Part shown: positions 11,701 through 27,497 of the stretch, piece after piece
Position numbering within the stretch: the stretch's first letter is position 1
Layout of the letters: each line of letters starts with the position of its first letter
Assembly: GCF_009914755.1 (NCBI RefSeq)
Contig: NC_060925.1
Reading direction: 5' to 3' (one strand)
DNA length: 64,000 nt
Origin: the human T2T-CHM13v2.0 reference genome, Homo sapiens
Notes under the pieces: model-generated
The model's database searches: none
Told to the model about the DNA's origin: nothing
Seen by the model: the letters and a program-made list of their open reading frames with translations, nothing else
Made by a program: the position numbers and the translations under genes

Positions 11701-12119
11701 TGTGAACCACCAGGACCGAGTTTACTGTGGCTCCCCACCCCCTGCATTTTTCAGAGTAAAACTGCACATTTTGTAACAGCCCCTATCCTGTCCTGCACTG
11801 ACCTTGGCTGTGTTATTTTTCACTTCCCTGTTCAGAACACAGCCACACTTTCCAAATGCCATGAATCATCACCACCGAGCAACGGCCATTTAGCAAGGCA
11901 GGAAACCACTGCGCACCAGGCCTGGAAGGAGTAGCTCCCTGCAGTGGGCCTCTCCCACCCTGGCTGTTCGTCGTGGCAAGAGTCCACCACGGAGGCTGGC
12001 AGGGCAGAGTTGCCACCCCATGTTCTCAGTTTCTCCACCATCGTCCCTGGGGGCTTCCAGTTCCCCCTTGCACTAGGTCACAGGCAGCGTTAGCCATCTT
12101 CTGACTTTCCCGAAGCCTC

Positions 12120-12237
12120 TCTTGGTTGCATTGGCTGAAATGAAGCTGTCACCTTCCAATCTCGGAAGGGAGAGAAATTCTTGGTGACATTGGCTGAAGT
12201 GAAGCTGTCATCTTCCTATCCCAGAAAGGAAAGAAAT
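12120..12237 (+). repeat. 59-bp tandem duplication x2
   Basis: CTTGGT..CATTGGCTGAA.TGAAGCTGTCA.CTTCC.ATC...AGAAAT repeated; 9 mismatches in 58 nt. Confidence 0.85.
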
Positions 12238-12263
12238 GGGGAGACCCATTCAAGACCAAGGGA

Positions 12264-12478
12264 GGCCAGGCGCCATGGCTCACGCCTGTAATCCCAGCAC
12301 TTACGGAGGCCGAGGCAGGCAGATCGCTTGAGTCCAGGAGTTCGAGACCAGCCTGGGCAACATGGTGAAACCCCGTCTCTACTAAAAATACAAAAATTAC
12401 CCAGGCTTGGTGGTACATGCCTTTAGTCCCATTTACTTGTGGGGCCGAAGCAAGAAGATCCCTTGAGCCAGGGAGGTC
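12264..12478 (+). mobile_element. Alu (AluJ-like), 3'-truncated
   Basis: Left arm, linker and part of the right arm; no tail. Confidence 0.9.
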
Positions 12479-12869
12479 AGGTAGATTAGATCAGGTGGAT
12501 CTTGCACAGACATCAACAAGACATGGGACGTGCATTCTGCCTGCAAGTGGCCTTGCAGTTATAGGCAAATGTCATCCTGTCATCCTTTATGACCAGAGCC
12601 ATGCAGGCTTCTAGATGCCATTCAACCAGTTCCTGAAAGTAGTCACCGGTGAGTCCATAAATCAATCAATCAACAAAATATTATTACCCTCAAATGGTTA
12701 TCAAACTGTTCTGTGCTAGGCACCTGGCACCATGGCTCTCTGAATAACATATGTCTGCCTTCATGCCAGCCTTAGTTCCTCATGTAGTAATGATATCCTC
12801 ATATGAAGTCATTATTTTTGCCTCTATTTAACCATAAACAGTACCATTCAAAAGTAAAATGATCTAGGA

Positions 12870-13872
<1,003 letters not shown>

Positions 13873-14329
13873 TTAAAACCAAATGCAACACAAATCCAAA
13901 AGCTGTTTGCCTAACAGATCATATCTGTGCAAGATAAGTTTTACATGTTCTCTTTCTGATGGAAGATGTTTCTGCGGACATTCCACCAGAAGGTCGTGGG
14001 TTCTAAGCTGTTTTTCCAGAGCTCTGATAGGCTGAACTGAATTATGTTCACACTCTCTTACGCAGCCCCTGTGTGGCAACCTGATGGATCAGGATGGCTG
14101 ACCAGGGGTGGAGGGGTAGAGACAGGGACATGGCAGAGTTTTCTCCAACAGGTGCCAAGTATCCAGTGTGGTAATCAAATCCCAGCTTGGAATTAACTAA
14201 ATTAACTACCACAGACCTCTCTGGGTGGCCAAGCAAATTCAGACGTTTTGAAAATATATAACTCACAACCTCTCTCTCTCCTCAGCTCCAGAAATAAATT
14301 CCAGACCCTTGGAGATCACAAAAACCTAA

Positions 14330-14490
14330 AGCCAGAAAGATCCGTAGGCAGTCATGTATTTTGGACTCCTCGTTTGACGTTTGAGGGAACCAAGGCTCAG
14401 AGAAGTGAAGTGACTTACTCAAGGTCACACAGCATAAGGGTGGCAGACACAAGAGAGCTTGTGTCTCTTCATCTGTAATCCAAGGTTGCT
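14330..14490 (-). mobile_element. MIR
   Basis: GAGGGAACCAAGGCTCAGAGAAGTGAAGTGACTTACTCAAGGTCACACAGC core. Confidence 0.7.
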
Positions 14491-14761
14491 TTTGCTATAA
14501 TGCATCTAGCACCAGTACAGTGGGCAGGGGTGGGTGTTAGTGTGGAAGATGTCCTTCATACCATCATAAACGGTTCCTGTGAGGGGTCCAGAATATACTA
14601 TGATGGCCTCTGGCCCTGTAGAAGAGTCTAGTTAGAGTTACATGTGAGCATTCTTAACCAGAAAGTCATGTATTTTTCTGAAAGGGGATAGAGAGAGAGC
14701 TTTCACTATATTTCAAAGGGGTCCCATCACACAAGGAAAACTAAAAATGGATGAACTAAAG

Positions 14762-14976
14762 CATGGGTTAGCAGATGTTTTCTATCAAGCTCCATCGAGT
14801 AAATATTTTGGGCTTTGCAGGCCGCATGGTCTCTCTCCCAGCTACTCAACTCTGCCCTTGTACTGTGAAAGCAGCCATTGATCAAATGTGAACAAACGGG
14901 CATGGTTGTGTTCCAATAAAGCTTTATTTACAAAAACAAGCTGTGGGCCAGATTTCGCCCAGGTTTGCCAACCCCA
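14762..14976 (-). mobile_element. MER58A (hAT-Charlie MITE)
   Basis: GTAAATATTTTGGGCTTTGCAGGCCGCATGGTCTCT...CTACTCAACTCTGCC...GTGTTCCAATAAAGCTTTATTTACAAAAACA. Confidence 0.85.
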
Positions 14977-15390
14977 AAACCTAAGGATCCGATCAACTTC
15001 CTTTCTATTACATTAGATGCTGCTTGCCCCTGCTCTCGGGTGAACTGAATGACATCCATATTCCTGGCAATGGATCCAGCACTTAGCCAGGGACCACCAA
15101 GGAAGTGGAGAGGCACATAAAAGGCATTCGTTTCACTTTTTCATTAAACAACAACTTCTTTGAATTCCTAATTGGAAACTTTCACACAAGAATCGAGGTT
15201 GCTGCAACTCATTTCCTGCTGCCCTGCTTGCAGTGTATTTTCAGCAAAATAATTGTTGAGTGTGGAGGCTGACATTTGACCTCTGGTGGCTGCCAGCAAC
15301 ATACTTTGCTGACTCATTTGCATATATGGTGTTCGAAACACACTGGCACATTCTTCCCTTTTCGCATGAAGCCCAGACGTCCTTGATTAA

Positions 15391-15898
<508 letters not shown>

Positions 15899-16563
15899 CA
15901 GGGAGCACTTTAATGCAAGTTGAGAAGTACTCAGCACCTCCTCTGTTACCGGGTCAGGCCTTGCAATGTGTACAAAGCACCGGGCCTGGGATCCAGGACA
16001 TTGGTCCTCTGCATTTGTCAGATCCCATTTGTCCTGGTGTCCCCTGGGAGACATGTCACTCTCCTGCTCCACAGACCCTCACCCACCTACAACCCTTGGG
16101 CCTTGCCCCTTCCAAATTCTGGTACCAAAAGGACTGGGTCAGTTGGTTCTAAAAGTGAGAGGCAGGTGAAAAAAAAGTTTTTCCATTTGTGCAATGATAG
16201 TTGTGAATACTCTCTGACCCTATGCAGCAGAAATCCCATCTGTGGATAATAGCTTTGGGGTGCAAATGCCTTCTCTGGGCTGTTTTAGACCCCATTCCAT
16301 GCTTTGGCATTAGGACATACACAAACACACTTCTCTAAGGGACACAAGAGGTAACAAAGCCCTCCTTCCAAGAGGACAGTGGAGGAGGGAGAGACCAGGC
16401 TGGCGTCAGGCCAGCAAGGAGCCGGTATTGAGTCCTCCACTCTGTCTCCCACCTGGGTGTCCCAGTCCCTGGACAAGCTGGCTCCTGCGGGAGGCCCCCA
16501 TTTCACATCTCAAGCGGCTTCCAGAGGATTCAATGAGCTATTTTTTTCCTTTTTCTCTTGTTA

Positions 16564-17255
<692 letters not shown>

Positions 17256-19354
17256 TCAAACTGGAGTCACCCACGCTAAAGTTCCATACCACCAAACCAA
17301 AACAAGGTTGTTATCTGACCTTCTGAGAATGGAGAGAGAGAACAGCCAATCTCCCAAAAGGCCCGTTTAAATCTTCAATCAGAATGATAATGAAGTTCTT
17401 TCTGCTTTAATCCTACCACAAAAAAAGGTAGCATGAAGTCACCCAAGGTTAACTAACGAGTTATTTTTCTATTGTTCTATCTCCCTGTGCCCTCCTTACA
17501 AGAACAAGTAACATTGAAAAGTAACTAATACAATCTTTGTTCCCTGTTTCTGTTTTCTTCAGTCCTTCTCTGTCTACAAAGCCAACCTCTTCAGCTCAGC
17601 TCAGGGAACACTTATTCCATTGTGTGGAATGAAGTGTTGTTCGATGCCAGAATCACAAATCAAGACAATCAAGGTCTTTAAGCTAAATTTTTTGTCATTC
17701 TGGTTTTTGACACTCTTTTCTACCGGGACCTGTTTCCCAGCTTTCTCATGGAAAATCCCTGAGCCGGCCACTTCCTGTTTTTGTTTTGCTTTTCTACCCC
17801 ATTGGTGTACCCTTTGACCTTTTGTCCCTTGTCATGATCCTCCATCTCAAACTGGGAAACCACGCATAGATCAAATCCCCAGCCCCAAGCAGCTAGCTCT
17901 GTGCCGCGTGTACTAAACAAATCCTTTCTCCGAGGGGTCCTCTGAGTTGCTTCCTTACCTACAAATGGGATGCTGAGAAGACTTAGGCATTTGTTTTGGG
18001 CTCTGCTGGGCTCCCTACCCTGTGTCGTGATGCCCCCAGCAAAGCCCTAGGCAGGGGTGGATGCCGGGGTGCAGGATCTCTACATGCAAACTTTAGTAAC
18101 AATCATTGCTGAGTTCTGAAACTTCTTGATCCACTTTTATTTGGAGCTAGAGGTTCTCTTCTGCTTTGTTTTGACAACTAGACTGGCTAGACTATGGCCT
18201 GGTGACGCCTGTTCTTTTTCCTTCTTTTCTCCTGTTTTGTCCCCTGCCTCTGGGCCCGGCATTCCTGGCATATTTGGAAAGAGTAGGAGCTGGCCTGAGG
18301 CCACTTTTCCGAGTATCTTCTCAGCCCTGCAGTCCCGTTTCCAACACACAGTCTCTTTGCTTTTGTTTATTCTGCGTTTCACACTCCCAGTCAGGAGCCA
18401 GTCCCACAGGCAGGCCCAGAGATCAGACTGCACAGGCGAGAGGGCTGGAAACTCCAGGGTCCTCACCGCCTCTGCAGGTGGAACATGCAAACCGGTCAGA
18501 CAAAGGAGGGGTTAACCTTGTACCCATCTTATGGGGAATTTCCCCAAATACATCTGGCACCTACGAAGTGAAAGGGAAAAAAGAACCCCACACAGTAAGC
18601 CCCACTGCCTTTGAGGATTTACTGCCTGGAGCATGGTCCACTGCAACCTCATTAAGGGCCCAAAGTTAAGCACTATTTTCCCTTGGTCTCTGTCTCCCCG
18701 GCTGACCTTCGCTAGCACACTTTACCCCTCCAGCCTCAACTTTCCTCTCTCTGGAGGCGCCTAAAGAGGCTTACAGAGCAAGGCGCTTCCAGCCAGGGCT
18801 CAATCGGGTGGTACCTGGGGTGACCTCATTTTCTGTCAGGCCCAGCTAGGCCTGTCTTACATCTTACCTGGAGGAAAGGTCAACACAATTCATAGCAGAG
18901 GAAAACCTGAAGTTTACTCTAGTCTCTAAATTGTTTTCAAGTTCCCATGGGGGAAAGAGATTGATTCATTTTGTTAATAAGCAAAGGTCTTATTTTTCCA
19001 CCTTTAGTCGTATAAACGTCAAGGGGGAAAAAAAGGCTTTGTATTCAATCAAAAGACAGTTCCAGCATTTTAAAAAAGTCAAGTGGAGATGAAACAGATG
19101 ATCTTCCAGGAAAAAAAAAAATAGTCTTAACTCCCAAATTATAACACCTTAAATTATCTCATGTTTAATTCTAGCAACAAAGACCTCAGTGTTTGCCTGT
19201 GTTAAAGAATAGTTAAAAGCATAGAGTGTTAGGAGCTACAGCCAAGATTCTTCCAGGTTTCTTGTGCCCTGCAATGAATCAAACCACTGGCCCAGAAAGG
19301 CCTTTAAATGGAGCCATAATATCAAATTCAGAGTTTCATAGCAGTGTGACTCAG

Positions 19355-19710
19355 TAATAGCCAAAAGATCAGCAGATGCATGGATAAACCAAACGTGGTA
19401 AATCCACACCGTGGAATATTATACAGCATTAAAAAGGAAGGACATTCTGGCACTTGCTATAACATGGATGAACCCTGAAGGCATGATACTAAGTGAAATA
19501 AGCTGGTCACAAAAGGACAAATACTGCATGATCACAAGTATTTGAGGTTCCTAGAGTTATTTCTGTTTTGCAAAATGAAAAAGTTCTAGAGACGGGGGTA
19601 GTAATGGTTGTACAACAACATGAATGTGCATAACACTACCGAACTGTATACTTAGAAATGGTTAAGATGGTATATTTTATGTTGTCTATATTTTACCACA
19701 GCTTTTTAAA
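19355..19710 (+). mobile_element. L1MB-like 3' end
   Basis: TGGATAAACCAAACGTGG...GTGGAATATTATACAGCATTAAAAAGGAAGG...AAATGGTTAAGATGGTATATTTTATG. Confidence 0.85.
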
Positions 19711-20237
19711 CATTTAATTAAATGTTTTAAAGTTTCCGAGTCGCGAATAAAGAATCTTGAGTGACTAAGCCTTCTCCTTCTCTGTACATGCAGAGCCGTG
19801 TATATACAGCTCTTTTCTGAGAACCATTGATTGTGCCTTTAATTTAGAGTCAATGCAGAGTCACAAATGCACCCGCCCACTTTTCTGCTTCAGAACTTAG
19901 CCTAAGCTACCACATCCTCCATTGTAAGGGAGAGAAAGGGCAGTTCTTTGCCCTGTTTGACTAATGGAAAAACCAGAGGTCATGGAGGTTAAGTAACTTG
20001 CTCAAGGTTAGGCAGTTCACAGGGGCTGCCCTCAGTTAAAAGTTCCTGGTGGAGCTGTCTCCAGATTTATAGCCCCCCAAAGCATTGAATAAACCTGGGT
20101 CAAAACCAACGTGTGTGGGTGGAGAGATTGGAGTGGCATTCCAGGACCGATTTTCCAAAATGAGCTCTAAAATCAGTGCCATGTGGACAAAAGCAATCCA
20201 GAAGGACATCACATTTGTTCATTCAAACAGTGTTCAT

Positions 20238-20533
20238 GGCAGGGCACAGTGGCTCAGGCCTGTAACACCAGCGTTTTGGGAGGCCCAGGTGGAAGGATCA
20301 CTTGAGCTCAGGAGGTCAGCCTGGGCAACATAGGGAGATCCTGTCTGTACAAAAAATGAAAAAGCATTAGCTGGGTATGGTGACTCATGCATGTAGTCCC
20401 AGCTACTGGGGAGGCTGAGGTGAGAGGATCGCTTGAGCCCAGGGGGTTGAGGCTACGGTGAGCCATGATCACGTCACTGCACTCCAGCCTGAGCAACAGA
20501 GTGAGATCCTGTCTCAAAAACCAAACAAAATGT
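20238..20533 (+). mobile_element. Alu (AluJ-like)
   Basis: TSD AAA(C/T)AGTGTTCAT. Confidence 0.93.
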
Positions 20534-20984
20534 AAATAGTGTTCATGGAGTTCCTACCGTGGGCTGGGCTCTCTGCAAGACACAGCATCCATGCCTGGGT
20601 CCCCACCGAGCTTGGGGCAGGGGAGGAGGCAGGATGCAGGCCTTCAACAACCAGTTGCAAGACAGGGTGGCAGTGCAGAAATGGAGAAAGTGGTGAGCAC
20701 AAAGGAGAGTTCCAGACCTACCTGGAGAGGTGGAGCCATCAGCTGAGACCCGGACAGGTGGGCACTAGGGCAGGTAGTACGTGGCGCGTGTGCAAAACAC
20801 CCGGGACACGGAGAGCCTGGTGACTTGCAGAGAACCCTCCCTCTGCTCTCCCACATGCCCTGTTTTTCCTCAACACTGATCATTCCCGTTTTCCTATAAA
20901 CATGCTATTCTGTCTTCCCTATTTAAAAAAAAAAAACAAAAAAAAAAAAAACTAAGAATTCCGCATCTGTGCCAGCTATCTCCT

Positions 20985-21408
20985 TTTATTAGCTTCCTGG
21001 GGCTGCTGTTACAAAGTACCACGGACTGGATGGCTTAAACAACAGAGACTGACTGTCTCCCAGTTCTGGAGCCTGGGAGTCCAAGATGAAGGCCTTGGCA
21101 GTGTCGATTTCTTCTGAGAGTGTGAAGGAGGCTCTAAGCCCTGGCCCCTCTCCTGGCTTCTGGTAGCCTCGGGCGTTCCTTGGCTTGGAGATGGCTGTCA
21201 TTAACCTGTGTGTCTTCACATCACCTTCCCTCTGTGTGTGTCTGTGTCTGTGTCCAAATTTCCTCCAGTCATATTGGATGAGGGCCCTCCCTAATGACCT
21301 CAGCTTCATCATCATCAGAGACCCTATTTCCAAATAGGCTCACATTCACAGGTACTGGGGGTCAGGTCTTCAGCATCCTTTGAGATGGACACAATTTTTC
21401 CCATAACA
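20985..21408 (-). mobile_element. MLT1C-like MaLR LTR
   Basis: GGGCTGCTGTTACAAAGTACCACGGACTGGATGGCTTAAACAACAGA...GGACACAATTTTTCCCATAACA. Confidence 0.85.
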
Positions 21409-21519
21409 CTCTCCATTGCTCTGTTCTCCTTTGTAACAAAAAGCCCTCCAAAGAGTCTTCTAGACTCAGGGGATCAACCACGGGACCCACTGAGCTCACT
21501 CTGTGGTCTTCAGGCACCC

Positions 21520-22621
<1,102 letters not shown>

Positions 22622-22931
22622 GAAAAATAAGGACTTTGTTTCAGGAGCAATGGGGAGACTGTAAGGGTTCAGGGAGAGGAGTGACAACATCAGTGTTTCA
22701 TTTTGAGAGTTCCCTCTGGTTACTGCATGCAGAAGAGACGAGGCAGGGCCAATACCCAGGCGAGAAGCAGTGCACCAGCCCCTATGGAGGTTCAGGGGTA
22801 TCTGGTAACCTGGAGAGTCTGAGGATCCCATGGTCTTGAGTTAAATCTCTCTGGGACTTCAGGCAAGTCAGTAAGCCCCTGCACACCTCAGATTCTTCAT
22901 ATGCTAAATAATGTGATATGAATTCCTGCTA

Positions 22932-23169
22932 CAGTTGGCTCTTAGTATACGAGGGGGATTGGTTTCAGCAACCCCATGTATACTCATATCTGCACATACT
23001 CAAATTTGCAGTCAGCCCTGCAGAATCTGCAGGTATGAAATGTCCCCCTGCTCTATATGCAGGTTTCACATTCTGTGAAGACTATATTTTCCATCCGCAT
23101 TTAGTTGGAAAAAATCTGCGTATAAGTAGATTCACATAGTTCAAGCCCATATTGTTCATGGGTCAACTG
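22932..23169 (+). mobile_element. MER8 (Tigger-family MITE), full length, inside a MIR
   Basis: CAGTTG...CAACTG termini with TA TSDs; GGGGGATTGGTTTCAG...AAAAATCTGCGTATAAGT...TTGTTCATGGGTCAACTG. Confidence 0.85.
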
Positions 23170-23222
23170 TATAGAGAGTTGGGGGGCAGGGATTAGAGGA
23201 GACTCTGCTTATAAAGCTCTGA

Positions 23223-23727
<505 letters not shown>

Positions 23728-23744
23728 AGCTATTATCTTTATTG

Positions 23745-24090
23745 GAATTGAACAGACATGGAATTTACTGGAGGTGAGGCATGGGAGGAAGTAGGATATG
23801 GAGGAAGAAGCCCAAGGTACCAGCCTGAGAACCAGGGTGAAGGGTGCTGCTGTTTATGAAGCTGGGGTGCTGCAGGGCAGGAGCAGGTTCAGGAAGGGAG
23901 ATGGCCTTGGGTTCCGTTTGGGGCATGTGGAGGTGGGTGCACCTGTGAGACCTCAGGTCCAGAGCTGAGAAGGCTGGGTGGGCAGAAGATGGTGATTTGA
24001 AAGTCATATGGGCATAGAAATGGTATTGGAAGCCACAGGGATGATTTGAGGGGTGAATGCAAGATTAAATGAGAAATGTGCCAGGGATAG
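23745..24090 (-). mobile_element. L2 fragment
   Basis: Purine-rich antisense L2 motifs (GGAGCAGGTT, GTTCCGTTTGGGGCATGTGGAGG, GATTTGAAAGTCAT...AAGCCACAGG). Confidence 0.55.
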
Positions 24091-24111
24091 AGTGCTAAGA
24101 ACACCCACAAT

Positions 24112-24490
<379 letters not shown>

Positions 24491-26158
24491 TCATGGAACT
24501 CAAGGAAAAGGGACCTTCATGAAGATGAAGGGAGAAGTCAGCTGTGCCTGGTGTTGGTTTTTCCTTTCTAGAACTAAAAGCCAGAATGATTGACAAGGCC
24601 CCCCAGTGATGGGGACCATGGTCCATTCACTCCCAGCAAACCTTGGGGAAGAGGATGCAGCGTGGAGGTAGCCTGTGGAGGAGGATGGAATCCTGCCTCC
24701 TGCCAGGGTCTGTCCCCAGCCATACTGTGGTGGTTTCATTGCAAATCACCAGGTCCTGGGTCTGACACTTTACTTTCCCTGTTCCTGCAGAGTGACGGTC
24801 ACGCAAGCTGATCTGAACCTCCACTGGCTTCTCAGACTCAAACCAAGCACTTCTCTTCCTGGGATCACGAGTTCTATTCAGAGTGGGCCCTGGAGGCCTT
24901 CAAAGCTGGGCCCCAGGTTCTCACGGTGAACTAAACTTTCTCCGCAAACCCCCTTGGCCCCACACCTGGCTTATCTGGCTCCAGCCCTGAGCCACCCAGC
25001 ACTGTCCCGATGTAAATACGTGTTCAGCAGAGACGCACAAGGACTGGCAAGGATGCCTCATACTAGTTGATCCTAAATCTAAAAGACTATGTTTTTGCTA
25101 CATTCACTCACATGCATCACACACCTGTAGGCACACATGAACACATACATGCACACACGCACACATTTTCTTCCAGTTTAACTCATGCTACTTAGAGAAC
25201 CAGCTAGAAGGTGAGCTTTCTCCTAGGCCCTCTCATTACAGATGAGGACACCCAGGCCCCAAGAAGCTCAGCGTTTCACCAACAACCCTTGGCAGTGACA
25301 GTGAGTGTGTCATGCTGAACCCCTCTCCCTCTCTCTCACCTCAGTGCTCCTTTTAACTTCCTCTCTTTATTTTATTTCTTGCCAATTCATGCCCTGCCTT
25401 CCCTCCAGAACTCAACCCTGAACCTTCTCCCACCGGCACAACCGTCTGTAACCAGCCCCTGCTAACTCCTCAGAATGAGTGGATGCCGGAGAATGTTGAC
25501 TTCCTCCCAAGAAGAAAGTGAAGGAAGCAGAAACCTCCTGTCAGCCAGATCCCACCAGGACCCCTTCCCACAGACCCACTTGATGCTGCCTCTCACGGCA
25601 GCAGGGGAATGCTTGGTGGGGGTGGCTCTGCTTCTCATAGCAAAGAGAGAATTCTTGGAGGGCAGAGGCTGTCCTCAATATATTTTCCACCTGGTCCCCA
25701 CCCTCTAACCGGTGTTCTGTTAGAAATGCGTGCACCACACATGTCTCTCAGAGGCCAGGCGGGCTTCAGGGCTACCAGGGCACCTGGATGGGCTCCACCC
25801 CATGCCCAGAACCTCAAGAGCTCTCTGTCCTGGAGGGAGTCCACTTCCTCCGAACTTCCCAGGAAGCCATCCAGCCCACTGACATCCATCAAAAACAAGC
25901 TCCCTGGGCAGGCTGTGCTTGGAGGAAGGATCCTCTAATGTAGCATCATCCCTATGGGGGAGACCTGAAGCAGACTGTTTTCAAAGTAGTTTTTCTATCA
26001 AGGCCTGGGCAAAATGCATTCATTAGAAAAATCAGAGGTGGAAGGAAGCTCATGAACTCATCAAGGTAAACAGAATCTGCAGTTGGTTTACAATCGTCTC
26101 TCTGATATCCCAGGAAAAATATATCTTACAGTTTATCTTAGGGATGCCATCAGAGAAA

Positions 26159-26170
26159 GGTATATATGTA

Positions 26171-26208
<38 letters not shown>

Positions 26209-27118
26209 TGTGTGTGTATATATATATGCATATATATGTGTATATATGTGCATATATATGTGTGTATATATAGGTATATATGTGAATATATAGGTATATA
26301 TGTATATATAGATATATATGTGTATATATGTATATATAGATATATATGTATATATGTATATATAGATATATATGTATATATAGATATATATGTATATATG
26401 TATATATAGGTATATATGTATATATAGATATATATGTATATATAGATATATATGTATATATATGTATATATGTATATATAGATATATATGTATATATATG
26501 TATATATAGGTATATATGTATATATAGATATATATGTATATATGTATATATAGGTATATATGTATATATAGGTATATATGTATATATAGAGATATATGTA
26601 TATATAGGTATATATGTATATATAGAGATATATGTATATATAGGTATATATGTATATATAGAGATATATGTATATATAGGTATATATGTATATATAGAGA
26701 TATATGTATATATAGAGATATATGTATATATAGGTATATATGTATATATAGAGATATATGTATATATAGGTATATGTATATATAGGTATACGTGTATATA
26801 TAGGTATACGTGTATATATAGGTATATGTGTATATATAGGTATATGTGTATATATAGGTATATGTGTATATATAGGTATATATGTGTATATATAGGTATA
26901 TGGGTATATATAGGTATATATATGTGTATATAGGTATATGGGTATATATAGGTATATATATGTGTATATATGTATATATATACGCACACACATAGATATA
27001 CACCATATATCTGTGTATTAATCCTGTTTATATATAAATCATATATATGTATATACTATGTGTGTATGTATACATATGCATATATACAAATATACACCTG
27101 CTCATATACATATACACG
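26159..27118. repeat. (TG)n plus TA-rich 18-bp minisatellite / low-complexity array
   Basis: Units such as TATATATAGGTATATATG and TATATATAGAGATATATG over ~0.8 kb, with a degenerate TA/CA right flank. Confidence 0.95.
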
Positions 27119-27138
27119 CAAAGGCATATTTATGTGCT

Positions 27139-27219
27139 GTTTTTTTGTTTTGTGTTGTTTTGAGACGGAGTCTTGCTTTATCGCCCAGGCTGGAGTGCAA
27201 TGGCGCCATCTCGGCTCAG
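27139..27219 (-). mobile_element. 5'-truncated Alu (3' end and tail)
   Basis: TTTTGAGACGGAGTCTTGCTTTATCGCCCAGGCTGGAGTGCAATGGCG. Confidence 0.9.
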
Positions 27220-27279
27220 TTTTTAATAGCAAAACATTGGAAACTTCTTAAATGCCCATCAGTAGGTGACAGTTTAAAT

Positions 27280-27497
27280 CACAGGTCTGCAAGTGGGCCA
27301 GTGGGCCAAAACCCAGTCTAGGACCTATTTTGTGAATAAAGTTTTATTGGAACATAGCCACACCTGGTCATTTACGTCTTTGACCAATTTGGAGCTACAA
27401 TAACAGAGTTGAGTATTTGCAGCAATGACCATCTGACCCACAAAACCAAAAATATTTACTATCTGGCCATTTACAGGAAAAGTTTGTCGACGCCTAG
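27280..27497 (+). mobile_element. MER58A, inside an old L1ME-like remnant (~27220-27790)
   Basis: GAATAAAGTTTTATTGGAACATAGCCAC...CAGAGTTGAGTA...AAATATTTACTATCTGGCCATTTACAGGAAAAGTTTG. Confidence 0.85.

Noticed and set aside
14445-14466. 9-bp hairpin AGACACAAG-agag-CTTGTGTCT
   Set aside because: Short, inside a MIR, and within chance expectation for 64 kb.
26050-27006. Long ORFs of 195-318 aa (YIYT/IHIY-rich)
   Set aside because: Translations of the TA-rich minisatellite, which lacks stop codons in several frames.
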